Assembly: GCF_000092105.1 (NCBI RefSeq) | Contig: NC_014148.1 | Span: 1,050,001-1,082,000, forward strand | Direction of reading: 5' to 3' | DNA: 32,000 nucleotides | From: Planctopirus limnophila DSM 3776 | GTDB taxonomy: Bacteria; Planctomycetota; Planctomycetia; Planctomycetales; Planctomycetaceae | Notes under the pieces: model-generated | Database searches by the model: none | The model's input: the letters and a program-made list of their open reading frames with translations, nothing else | What the model was told of the DNA's origin: nothing | Part shown: piece by piece, positions 1 to 8,518 of the stretch | Position numbering within the stretch: the stretch's first letter is position 1 | Layout: each line of letters begins with the position of its first letter | Position numbers and translations under genes: made by a program

Positions 1-105
1 TATTCAGCCATCGGTCAACAAGTCAGGCGTGATGAATTTGAGGGGGATCTGAACGTGTGGCGCAACGTCGGGGCGAACATCCGTGCTCGACCCGCGCTGC
101 ATCTT
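1..105 (+). CDS. possible 3' end of a CDS entering from the left edge
   Basis: Frame 1 is open from nt 1 to TAG at 103-105 (..YSAIGQQVRRDEFEGDLNVWRNVGANIRARPALHL*). No motif recognised and too short to judge. Confidence 0.2.
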
Positions 106-191
106 TAGCACCTGATCTGAATGGAAGTCCGTCCCCATTGCAGACCAGGCGATCTCCTCAAAGAAAGTTCAGCTTGAATGACAAGGCCTTT

Positions 192-986
192 TCAGGCAGC
201 CACCTTCTGGCGACCTGTCATTGGAATGACAGCTGGCATGTTGCCCATACGGCAAGCACCCACGAATTCCTGGAACAACTGCATGTCGAGAGCACTGGCG
301 GTGTCATCTTCCGGATGCCATTGCACACCAATGCAGAACCAGTCCGGGTCAGTTGATTCATAAGCTTCAATCACACCGTCTGGTGAGCAGGCTGAGGCAC
401 GGAAGCCTTGAGCTAACTGATTGACAGCCATGTGATGATCGCTGTTGACGCGGATTTCACCAGGGCCGTAAACATCCCAGACACGGGTTCCTTCGGTAAT
501 CTCAATAATATGGCGATTACATTTTTCGACCGAATCGCGGTGGTGCAGAGCACGGGGAACTTCTTCCGGAACGTGCTGGAAGATCGAGCCACCCAGCACA
601 ATATTCAGCGTCTGCATGCCCGAGCCGATCGCCAGGATTGGCAGCTTCATTTCGACAGCCATCTTGCAGAGCAAGCGATCAAAATCTTCCCGGCGTTGTG
701 GCATGGGGCGAGTGTGTGGGTGCGGTTCCAAACCCAGGCGAACGGGGTCAAGATCGTGACCACAACCGGCCAGAACCACGCCATCCACCGAGTCGAGAAT
801 CTGCTTCAAATCGTCCGTATCTTCCAGTGGAGGGGTCAGAATCGGTAAAGCACCAGCGGCGGTGACTGAGTCGTAATAGCCGGTGTTAAACCAGCTCAGT
901 GCCGGGCCGTCTTTCTTCTTGGGGCGAAAATCCCCATTGAGCAGAACAACGGGCTTGGAAATAGGTTCAGCAACTTTGCGACTCAT
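192..986 (-). CDS. class I glutamine amidotransferase-like / peptidase C26 (PuuD-like gamma-glutamyl hydrolase) family protein
   Basis: 264-aa ORF. It aligns by eye to E. coli PuuD: LPILAIGSGMQTLNIVLGGSI vs IPIFAICRGLQELVVATGGSL; NSDHH vs NSLHG; GVQWHPE is conserved. The nucleophile Cys position reads Gly (see findings). Confidence 0.8.
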   Translation of the reverse strand: MSRKVAEPISKPVVLLNGDFRPKKKDGPALSWFNTGYYDSVTAAGALPILTPPLEDTDDLKQILDSVDGVVLAGCGHDLDPVRLGLEPHPHTRPMPQRREDFDRLLCKMAVEMKLPILAIGSGMQTLNIVLGGSIFQHVPEEVPRALHHRDSVEKCNRHIIEITEGTRVWDVYGPGEIRVNSDHHMAVNQLAQGFRASACSPDGVIEAYESTDPDWFCIGVQWHPEDDTASALDMQLFQEFVGACRMGNMPAVIPMTGRQKVAA

Positions 987-1003
987 GGCACTTCCTTGTG
1001 CTA

Positions 1004-1020
1004 AGGTTGAACTTCAACCT
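1004..1020. promoter_or_regulatory. 17-bp perfect palindrome AGGTTGAA-C-TTCAACCT, 18 nt upstream of the amidotransferase start codon
   Basis: Read directly from the sequence. It lies in the 437-bp divergent intergenic region between the 192..986(-) gene and tsaE(+). An operator role is inference only. Confidence 0.25.
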
Positions 1021-1423
1021 GAAAAATGCTGGCACTCCCCCCTTAGGAATACCCAGCACGGGGTACGAATCCATTCGATGCAATCAACAGACCACCAATC
1101 AGCAGATCAAACCCTGTTGCCATTCATGGCGAAGACAAACTTGCATGCAGTACACGGATGTCGATTTGATAATGAAGACCGGCTCGAACACTTTGGCCAA
1201 GATTTGAACATTGGCCGAGTGGCAAGAATTGCCGTTGACTGCAATACAAATAATTACAGTTTCGGAAGACTGCAACGATTTCAACGATTTTGCGGCCTTT
1301 GCTGGATAGGCATACTACATCTTGTGTCTTGCAATCTGGTTCGATGGGTTGCAGAAAGTTCTTTTTGAGTCGAATGATGCACGACTTCCGTTTTTTGAGG
1401 CTTCTCTTCCAGGTGATCAATTG

Positions 1424-1909
1424 ATGTTTGAAGAAGAACTTAAAGTGTTTCTTGAAAATGAGTTAGAAACCTTGAAGGCCGGTCGGTTTCTTGGAATGAG
1501 CTGTCAGCAGCCCCTGATCGTATTGCTCTCGGGGCAGCTCGGGGCGGGAAAAACGACACTCACGCGCGGGATCGTGGAGGGATTGGGCGGAGTGATTGAC
1601 GATGTTTCCAGCCCCACTTTCACGCTGATCCATGAATATCAGGCTCGTCTCAGTGTCTATCACCTGGATACTTACCGGCTGAAAACCTCAGCCGAGTTCT
1701 TTGAACTGGGGGTCGATGAACTGCTGGAATCTGAGGCCGTCGTGCTGATTGAATGGCCTGAGCTTGTCAGTGAGTACCTGCCAGCGGATCGACTGGAAAT
1801 CGAGATTGTTCATCAACCCGAAAACACCCGGGAGTTAACGGCCAAAGCGACGGGGCCCACCTCTTGCCCAGTGCTCGAAAGATGGCAGGAACTCTTGGGA
1901 GCCCCGTAG
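1424..1909 (+). CDS. tsaE: tRNA threonylcarbamoyladenosine (t6A) biosynthesis ATPase TsaE
   Basis: P-loop GQLGAGKTTLTRG, SPTFTLIHEY and YHLDTYRL motifs typical of TsaE/YjeE. The ATG at 1424 gives 161 aa, the usual size. The tracked ORF start at 1322 adds 34 residues that do not look protein-like. Confidence 0.9.
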   Translation: MFEEELKVFLENELETLKAGRFLGMSCQQPLIVLLSGQLGAGKTTLTRGIVEGLGGVIDDVSSPTFTLIHEYQARLSVYHLDTYRLKTSAEFFELGVDELLESEAVVLIEWPELVSEYLPADRLEIEIVHQPENTRELTAKATGPTSCPVLERWQELLGAP

Positions 1910-1931
1910 ATCCTGAGTGGTCTTCAGGTCC

Positions 1932-1949
1932 CATTAACCCGCGTTAATG
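1932..1949. terminator. weak hairpin (CATTAAC-ccgc-GTTAATG) between convergent tsaE and the 1990..2487(-) gene
   Basis: 7-bp AT-rich stem with a 4-nt loop, read directly. There is no flanking T/A tract, so terminator function is doubtful. Confidence 0.2.
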
Positions 1950-1989
1950 ATGACGAATTCCGAGGGGGCGTCTTGCTGGAGTTGGTCAG

Positions 1990-2487
1990 CTATTCGGTCA
2001 CTGCCGGATGCCAGTAGATGTCAACGGGTTTGAGGCCCGCTTCTGTGAGTGCTGCACTGAGTCTGGCCTCATTACTCGTTCGAGATGAGGCTTTGCGATA
2101 AATCTTGACTCGCGGGCCTTCGTTCGAGGGTGTGGTCAATAACGCCTGTTGAATCACCTGATCGAGCGGTATGACAGCCGGTTCGATGGCATAAGTCTGG
2201 CTGTTGCGGAAGTGAAATCCCGCATCGTCGATAATGATATCCAGCACTGGAGGTGCTGCCTGGGTTTCTGGTCGAGAATCCGTGGATGAGGCCAACGTGG
2301 TGGAGGCATTGGTTTTTGATAACGTCTGATCGACGTCTTCGTCACTGACTTTGGTCTGTTGTGTCGAGACCTGCACGCCTGGAAACTTGGAGTCTCCCAG
2401 CCCGAAGCCTTTGAGCCAGCCGCTGATCCAAAGGCCAAACAGAATGCCGCCAGTCGCCACCACGCCAAGTGTGCGTCCCATTTTCAT
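1990..2487 (-). CDS. hypothetical membrane-anchored protein (single N-terminal TM, Ser/Thr-rich linker, small C-terminal domain)
   Basis: 165-aa ORF. N-terminal hydrophobic helix LGVVATGGILFGLWISGWL, a low-complexity linker, then a globular-looking tail. No family recognised; at most a remote ExbD/TolR-like architecture. Confidence 0.55.
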   Translation of the reverse strand: MKMGRTLGVVATGGILFGLWISGWLKGFGLGDSKFPGVQVSTQQTKVSDEDVDQTLSKTNASTTLASSTDSRPETQAAPPVLDIIIDDAGFHFRNSQTYAIEPAVIPLDQVIQQALLTTPSNEGPRVKIYRKASSRTSNEARLSAALTEAGLKPVDIYWHPAVTE

Positions 2488-2673
2488 GTCAGGGTCTCCG
2501 GGTTCATGACGAGGGCTCGTTGGCCATGGAAAAGAGTGATTCTGCCTCTTGCCAGTCGAAGCAGCGCGAATGACTGGTCCGTGTTTAATCAGGGTTCAAA
2601 GGCAATATTTATGGCCAATGTAACTGGAAAGAGGACTTTCTGTCAGCCCGGAATTTGAAGGTTTGCAGAATGC

Positions 2674-3324
2674 TTATTTCCACTTCTCCAGCCCTCGCCG
2701 GGCTCTTTGCTGATTGAGTAGCACAAAGGCCGGCGGAAACTTCTTCAACAACTTGATGAGCTGGCTGGTAGAACAATCGAGTTGCAGAGCTGCCCGCTGA
2801 GGTTCCCACGCATTTTCGGCGAGAACGTCCAAAGCTTCGGAGAGCAGTATGGGGAAATCAAAATGTTCGTCAGAAACGATAATTTTCTGTTCTCGAACGC
2901 GTGATTTCCAGAGTGGAGAAGGGGCCTCAAGAGCAGACTTTTGACTGCGGATTTCCAGTGCCAGTTGCAGCCTGAGACGTTTGAGGGCTTTCGACTGGTT
3001 CTCTGCCTGACTGCGACGTTCGGTGGCCTGAGCCTCGACTCCTGTGGGAGTATGCTTCAGAAAAACTCCCGTTTCGACTTTGTTGCGATGCTGACCACCG
3101 GGGCCAGAAGTTTTCTGGCGACGCGCTTTGCACTCGCTCAGGAGTTGCTCATGGCTCAGTAACACGGGGTGTTTCCATCCTTGAATCTGCGAAGCGTGTG
3201 GCTGAGTCTGTGGATCAATTTCCACAGGTTCAAAGTTCTCCAAGGGTTGCAGACTCTCGGTTGTTTCTGATGAAGTCATGTTCATTTTGGTGCGTGGATG
3301 GTTTCCAGAATCCTCTCGAGTCAT
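2674..3324 (-). CDS. GGQ-motif peptidyl-tRNA hydrolase / class I release factor domain protein (ArfB-like core with a non-canonical C-terminal domain)
   Basis: SGPGGQHRNKVETGV; the GGQ codons lie at 3091-3099. This is followed by ERRSQAENQSKALKRLRLQLA, typical of the RF-1/ArfB domain. The start is ambiguous: ATG at 3324, 3285 or 3279. The tracked ORF start at 3522 adds sequence that does not look protein-like. Confidence 0.75.
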   Translation of the reverse strand: MTREDSGNHPRTKMNMTSSETTESLQPLENFEPVEIDPQTQPHASQIQGWKHPVLLSHEQLLSECKARRQKTSGPGGQHRNKVETGVFLKHTPTGVEAQATERRSQAENQSKALKRLRLQLALEIRSQKSALEAPSPLWKSRVREQKIIVSDEHFDFPILLSEALDVLAENAWEPQRAALQLDCSTSQLIKLLKKFPPAFVLLNQQRARRGLEKWK

Positions 3325-3709
3325 GATGTTGCCGGCGGGTGGATGAGTTTCGGGACGAACCTTTTGGGGAAAAACTTCTGACAAGTGTGCATGGTTTGTG
3401 GCAAAGCGATTGGCGGCTTGGGATTCCCTTTGGAAAGAGATGCAACTTTGAATCAAAAGTTCATGCTTTTGAGGATAGCAAGACCATGAAAAGTTGAGTC
3501 TACTATCAGCAAGAAAGCGCACTGCGAGCCAACTGGCTTCAAAAACCGAGTTTTATTTCGTATTCGCAGCATAATCACTGATTGTAGACATCTCTCAACA
3601 GGAAGTAACTCACTTGGCGCTGACATCAGCATCGTCGAATTCTCCCGAGGCGGAGACAGAGACTGGTGGCTTACCTGCCTTGACTGGGAGTGCGGCAGCC
3701 TCTGAGAAA

Positions 3710-5272
3710 ATGCTTTCAATGACGCAGTCGGCAGCAGCAAGCACTGCCACATCTCCGGCCAGTCAGGCGCAAGCGGCAGCTGCCAGAAATCTGAGTTTTC
3801 GCAATCAGGCTCCCGGACGGCTGGCTTTGCCAGTCAGTGCCTTGATTGCCCTGGCTGTCGCAGGTCTATTGCTGCTGGGCTACTTTGTGGCCTCGCCAAT
3901 TACGGCCCGCTGGTCATCGCTCACACGCATGACGTTTTTTGTAGCGATTGGCGTATTGATCCTGTTCAGTCTGCAGACCTTTGTGGAAGACTGGATTCGC
4001 AAACAATCGGCCAGTATGCGGAAAATGCCCGTGTTTCAGCGAAACCGGGTGCATATTCCCAAGGAAGGGCTGATGTATCTGGGAATCATGATTGTGCTGC
4101 TGGTGGGCTCGATGCTGGGCCAGTCGAATATGATGATGCTTGTTTTTGCGGTAATGGCTGGCCCGTTTGTACTCAATGGCTGGGCGGCCTTTACCGCTCT
4201 GCAAGGCTCGAAGGTGTCGCGCACCTTACCCAAACGAGCCATGTGTGGTGAGCAGTTCAGTGTCGAAGTGAGCTTCCGGAATGATCGACCACTTTTATCC
4301 GCCTGGATGATGCTGGTGCGGGATCAGGCACGGCCAGCCAAAGCGAGACACTCTCAGATAGCCGCTGTCGCCAGTGTCCTTTTTACACGCGTGGGGCCCA
4401 AATCGATTCAACTGGCCCATTATCGCATTCGACTGGGGCATCGCGGCCGGTACATCTTCGGGCCACTGAGTGTCTCCAGTCGCTATCCACTGGGATTGAT
4501 TGAACGCGGGCTGGTGGTGAATGCTCATGAAGAAATGCTGGTCTATCCCATCATTGGCAGATTGCATCCCCGCTGGAAACGTGAACTGGTCGGTGCCTCT
4601 GAACTTGTGACATCGAGCCAGTCGAGGGGCGGGATTTATAATGATGATTTTCATCATCTGCGCGAGTATCGCAGTGGCGATAACCCGAAGGCGATTCACT
4701 GGCGAAGTTCTGCCCGCCGGAATGAACTGATTGTCCGCGAGTTTCATCAGAATCGCGAACATCATCTTTCGGTCGTGGTCGATCTCCATCGATCGGCTCA
4801 TCCGACTCCCGAGGAAGACCTGCAGGCTGAACTGATTCTGAGCTTTGTGGCGACACTTTGTGCCGAGCATTCGCAGACATGCCGGGAATCGACAGTGCGT
4901 CTGGCCATCAGTGGTGAGTCGGCTACGGTCTACGAAGCAGCCGCTTCACCTGCCAATCTTGAATTCCTGCTCGATCAGCTGGCATTGGCCGAACCTGGTG
5001 CAGCGACCACGACCACGTCGATGCTGGCAGAAGCCCAGAGAATTCTCAGTGCGAATACAAGACTGGTTCTGGTGACATCCAGACTACACGGAAAAACCAC
5101 AGAGAGCGATCTGAGCCATGCCCAGACGGGGCGAGCTCAGGTGATTCATATTGATCCATCAACCTATGCCGATTATGTCGTGCTGGATCAGGATTTTGCT
5201 CCCCGAGGAACTTCGATACTGGCTGAAAGCGATGCGGAAGAAGCGGAACTTCTGCCAGACGATGATCTGTAG
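3710..5272 (+). CDS. DUF58 domain-containing membrane protein
   Basis: DUF58 signature FHHLREYRSGDNPKAIHWRSSARRNELIVREF. Several N-terminal TM helices (LPVSALIALAVAGLLLLGYF, FFVAIGVLILFSL, LMYLGIMIVLLVGSML). The first ATG is at 3710; the tracked ORF begins at a TTG at 3614. Confidence 0.85.
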   Translation: MLSMTQSAAASTATSPASQAQAAAARNLSFRNQAPGRLALPVSALIALAVAGLLLLGYFVASPITARWSSLTRMTFFVAIGVLILFSLQTFVEDWIRKQSASMRKMPVFQRNRVHIPKEGLMYLGIMIVLLVGSMLGQSNMMMLVFAVMAGPFVLNGWAAFTALQGSKVSRTLPKRAMCGEQFSVEVSFRNDRPLLSAWMMLVRDQARPAKARHSQIAAVASVLFTRVGPKSIQLAHYRIRLGHRGRYIFGPLSVSSRYPLGLIERGLVVNAHEEMLVYPIIGRLHPRWKRELVGASELVTSSQSRGGIYNDDFHHLREYRSGDNPKAIHWRSSARRNELIVREFHQNREHHLSVVVDLHRSAHPTPEEDLQAELILSFVATLCAEHSQTCRESTVRLAISGESATVYEAAASPANLEFLLDQLALAEPGAATTTTSMLAEAQRILSANTRLVLVTSRLHGKTTESDLSHAQTGRAQVIHIDPSTYADYVVLDQDFAPRGTSILAESDAEEAELLPDDDL

Positions 5273-5339
5273 TTTCGGCCCTGCAACACTCTTTTGTCTG
5301 CAACACTCTTGTCCAGAAGTTGGTCGTCCACTGCCAGTA

Positions 5340-5831
5340 CTAGCCAATACTGACGGCAGGCAGACCACGGAAGCGTCGCCAGGCACTCAACTGGCCCAGG
5401 TGAATGGCTTCGTGCGTCGTGAGCAGGTGGGCCATGAGATCGCCGGTGGAGGGGTAGTTTTTCACCAGAAATTCCACCGGATTTGGCTGAGCGGCCCACG
5501 CTTCGTTCACGCTGGGTAACAAGGTGGTGATGTCGACGTGTCCGGCATGCACCGCAGCGAGAAGTTCTTCCATACTGGCGGTAATGCTCTGCTCATTTCC
5601 AGGGATCGAACCTGGGCCAAAGGCTTTGTGCCAGGCGGGAGGACATTTCAGCTCTTCCCCTAGAAGTTGCCGGGCATAGTCTGTGGAAATCGCGAGATGG
5701 CCTGTAATCCAGAAAGGAGTATTCAGTCCGGGCATCGGCTGAATTTTAGCCTCCTGTGTACTGATACCGCTTACGAGTGATTGCAGATACTTTTGATTGA
5801 CGCCATACAGGACGAGGTCGCGTGCAAACAT
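5340..5831 (-). CDS. DinB-family (DinB_2-like) metal-dependent four-helix-bundle protein
   Basis: The ATG at 5831 gives 164 aa (MFARDLVLYGVNQKYL...). His residues in ITGHLAIS and MAHLLTTHEAIHLGQL match the DinB His-triad pattern. The upstream 117 codons of the tracked ORF do not look protein-like. Confidence 0.75.
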   Translation of the reverse strand: MFARDLVLYGVNQKYLQSLVSGISTQEAKIQPMPGLNTPFWITGHLAISTDYARQLLGEELKCPPAWHKAFGPGSIPGNEQSITASMEELLAAVHAGHVDITTLLPSVNEAWAAQPNPVEFLVKNYPSTGDLMAHLLTTHEAIHLGQLSAWRRFRGLPAVSIG

Positions 5832-6161
5832 GAGGATCTCTGTCAGCTTAAGTGTTTTGGTGGTGTCGCAGATAGCTGCTGAATCGTGGTAGTGCTTCCT
5901 GGTTCGACATGCTGGCCAGCGTAGCGATTCTTCCGGCCAATGCGAATTGTGGAATCGTTCCTCGTCGCTTTTGGATCTTTTCCTGGTTGAGATCTTTTCC
6001 GGGCTGGCAGGTGACAAATTCTTGAACTTGCCTGCTGAATTGTGATTGTCGATTTGATTCGACCCTTCCAAACAGGCACAATCCGTAACGACCAGCGATA
6101 GACCGCAGGATGTGGATTGCCGGAATAAACACTTTGACGACTGAACATCAAGGAGATCCGA

Positions 6162-6752
6162 ATGGCTTGGAAGATGCAGCACCTGGGTATGGCACGCGGC
6201 GCTTTGTGTTCACTATTCGGGGCCATGTTGCTTTCGGGGATTTCCATTGCGGTGGCGGCACTGCAGGAAGAAAAGTCGCCAGAAATTGCCTTCAGTTCGG
6301 AAACAATCGATGTGGGTCTGTGTGTGAGCAATATGCAGGCGTCGATCGATTTTTACACCAAGGCCATCGGCTTTCAGGAGTTGCCTGGATTTTCAGTCCC
6401 CGCTGACTATGCCCAGGAGGTTGGGTTATCTGACGGTCAGGTGCTGGATGTCAAAGTGTTGACTCTCGGAACGGGGCCAACGGCCACCAGATTGAAACTG
6501 ATTCAGTTTCCCAAAGTTCCGGGAGCGCGGGTCGATCAATCGTTTATTCAGTCCACCTATGGCATTCGGTATCTGACGATTCATGTCAAAGATGTAAATG
6601 CCTCGCTCGAAAAATTGAAGCAGCACAAAATCAAGCCGATCGCCAGTTCGCCCAAGCTGCTGCCAGCCGGTTTTCCAGAAGGTGTGGGGCTTTGTAACTT
6701 GCGCGATCCCGATGGAAATCTGGTCGAACTGGTGGGGCCATATCGTCCGTAA
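6162..6752 (+). CDS. secreted VOC (glyoxalase/bleomycin-resistance/dioxygenase) family protein
   Basis: AAGGAG lies 6 nt upstream of the ATG at 6162. There is an N-terminal signal-like segment (LCSLFGAMLLSGISIAVAA). The VOC-like core includes IDFYTKAIGF and a C-terminal LRDPDGNLVELV. Confidence 0.75.
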   Translation: MAWKMQHLGMARGALCSLFGAMLLSGISIAVAALQEEKSPEIAFSSETIDVGLCVSNMQASIDFYTKAIGFQELPGFSVPADYAQEVGLSDGQVLDVKVLTLGTGPTATRLKLIQFPKVPGARVDQSFIQSTYGIRYLTIHVKDVNASLEKLKQHKIKPIASSPKLLPAGFPEGVGLCNLRDPDGNLVELVGPYRP

Positions 6753-6806
6753 ATCATACAGTATGTGAGAAACTGGTTTCTGGCACTGGCGAGAGAAGAG
6801 TGATTC

Positions 6807-8384
6807 ATGGCTGGCCGCATGATCGGACCATTTGAACTGGGGGATCGACTGGGTGTCGGTGGTATGGGGATTGTCTACCGTGCCACCTACACCAAGACGG
6901 GTGCTCCCGTGGCGATCAAGATTCTTTCGCCGGATCTCAGCCAGGCAGAATCATTACAGAAGCGGTTTGAACGCGAAGTCGCCATTCTGAAGAAGCTGCA
7001 GCATCCGCATATTGTGCGCTACTATGGCGGCGGGAAACTGGGGACACAGCGCTTCTATGCGATGGAACTGGTCACGGGTGGTTCCATTGAGGGCTACTTA
7101 AAAGAACACGGCCAGCTTCCGTGGAAAGAAGTGCTCGACCTGGCACTTCAGATTGCCCAGGCGCTGGAACATTCTCACGCTGCCGGTGTAATTCATCGCG
7201 ATTTGAAGCCTGCCAACCTGTTAAGGGCCAAAGACGGCACACTCAAGCTGACAGACTTCGGTATTGCGCGTGATACCACAGCGACGGCACTGACGGCTGC
7301 TGGCCGAACCGTGGGCACATACTCGTATATGGCCCCTGAGCAGATTCGCGGCAAGCCGCCGGTTGATCGTCGTACGGATCTGTATGCACTCGGCTGTGTG
7401 ATGTTCGAGATGATTACGGGAGAGACTCCCTTTCGCGGAGACAACGCGGGCGAGATGCTGATTATGCATCTGCAGGAAGATCCTCCGCGCCCGTCATCGT
7501 TGAACGCAGAATGTCCGCAGGTTGTCGAAGATCTGATTCTCAAACTGTTGGCCAAAGATCCCGAGGATCGATTTTTCGATGCGCTCGCAGTGCAGGTGGC
7601 GATTGAACAGATTCAGGAACAACTCACAAAGCCGGTCGAAGCGATCTCGCCAGAGGCAGCCAAAACTGCTGAAGCCAATGTTCCCAAGAAGAAAAAACGA
7701 AAAAAATCGGCCAAAGTCCCCTTTTATGAACGGGCGTGGTTCCTCGCTTCAATTCTGGTGACGATCCTGTTTCTGGCCACAATTCCGTTCTGGCCGATGT
7801 CGGAAGATCAGTTGTTTGCCCGGGCGGAAGCACTCATGAAGAGTGAAGAGCCCACCGATTGGGGAGATGCCTACGACAAGTATCTGAAGCCTCTTCAGCA
7901 GAAGTTTCCTCAAGGCAAACATGCCGGCCAGGTTCAGCAATATGTCGATCAGGTCGAGATGCATCAGGCGGAGCGCAGGGCCCGGGCCACTGCGAAAACC
8001 GGGCGAGATCCGAATTCTGAAGCGGAGCGATTGTTCCTGGAAGCTGACCGATACGAAAAGTTTGGCGACCGTATTTCGGCTCTGGAAAAGTATGAGAGCA
8101 TGGTCGTGCTGCTGAAAGATCGAGAGCAGGACCGGGCCTTCGTCATGCTGGCCAAAAAGCGGATTCAAGAGATCGAAGCCGCTGGTGGCGACCCGGTCGA
8201 TCGAGTGCAGATGGTTGATCAATCACTGGCAAGAGCTGATGAACTGGCCCAGCAGGGGAAAACGATTGAAGCTCGCACCATCTGGAACAGCATCATGACG
8301 CTCTATGCGGGAAATCAGGAGTTGGAAGTCCAGGTGCGGCAGGCGAGGCAAAGACTTTCCGAGAAACGCAGTTCATCGGAATGA
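6807..8384 (+). CDS. Hanks-type serine/threonine protein kinase with Lys-rich linker, one TM helix and a helical (TPR-like) C-terminal domain
   Basis: GVGGMGIVYRA, VAIK, HRDLKPANLL, DFGIARD and YMAPEQ. Then KKKKRKKSAK, TM helix AWFLASILVTILFLATIPFW, and about 190 aa of helical repeat-like sequence. Confidence 0.95.
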   Translation: MAGRMIGPFELGDRLGVGGMGIVYRATYTKTGAPVAIKILSPDLSQAESLQKRFEREVAILKKLQHPHIVRYYGGGKLGTQRFYAMELVTGGSIEGYLKEHGQLPWKEVLDLALQIAQALEHSHAAGVIHRDLKPANLLRAKDGTLKLTDFGIARDTTATALTAAGRTVGTYSYMAPEQIRGKPPVDRRTDLYALGCVMFEMITGETPFRGDNAGEMLIMHLQEDPPRPSSLNAECPQVVEDLILKLLAKDPEDRFFDALAVQVAIEQIQEQLTKPVEAISPEAAKTAEANVPKKKKRKKSAKVPFYERAWFLASILVTILFLATIPFWPMSEDQLFARAEALMKSEEPTDWGDAYDKYLKPLQQKFPQGKHAGQVQQYVDQVEMHQAERRARATAKTGRDPNSEAERLFLEADRYEKFGDRISALEKYESMVVLLKDREQDRAFVMLAKKRIQEIEAAGGDPVDRVQMVDQSLARADELAQQGKTIEARTIWNSIMTLYAGNQELEVQVRQARQRLSEKRSSSE

Positions 8385-8427
8385 ACGATAACCATCACTT
8401 CAGCACAGCCAGTCGATCAGTGCCGCT

Positions 8428-8456
8428 TTGACCAGATGTTGTGCTCACGATAAAAT
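8428..8456 (+). promoter_or_regulatory. sigma70-like promoter TTGACC-17 nt-TAAAAT upstream of the 8519 gene
   Basis: -35 at 8428-8433 and -10 at 8451-8456, read directly. It sits about 60 nt upstream of the ATG at 8519 and overlaps the tracked GTG start at 8441, which argues against that start. Confidence 0.45.
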
Positions 8457-8518
8457 CTGCGAGAAATCAAGCGTTTTTATCATCTGACAACAACTCGGGC
8501 AACAACACTGGAGTTCGC

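Noticed and set aside
1061-1072. GGGTACGAATCC resembling a tRNA T-arm/T-loop
   Set aside because: No matching 5-bp T-stem, acceptor stem or anticodon arm could be built from the surrounding sequence.
883-1368. 161-aa plus-strand ORF spanning the amidotransferase start and the intergenic region
   Set aside because: It overlaps the 5' end of a supported gene, has Cys/Arg-rich composition that does not look protein-like, and runs through the palindrome and repeat region.
4295-4870. 191-aa minus-strand ORF, together with the similar ORFs 11421..11933, 27201..27832 and 29379..29894
   Set aside because: All lie antisense within long, motif-supported plus-strand genes, and none shows a recognisable domain.
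5832-6182. 117-codon N-terminal extension of the DinB ORF (tracked start at 6182)
   Set aside because: The extension does not look protein-like and would overlap the start of the VOC gene. The ATG at 5831 gives the typical DinB length.
7686-7707. A-rich runs (AAGAAGAAAAAACGAAAAAAA) as a possible slippery or frameshift site
   Set aside because: They simply encode the KKKKRKK juxtamembrane linker of the kinase. The reading frame continues intact into the TM helix and the C-terminal domain.
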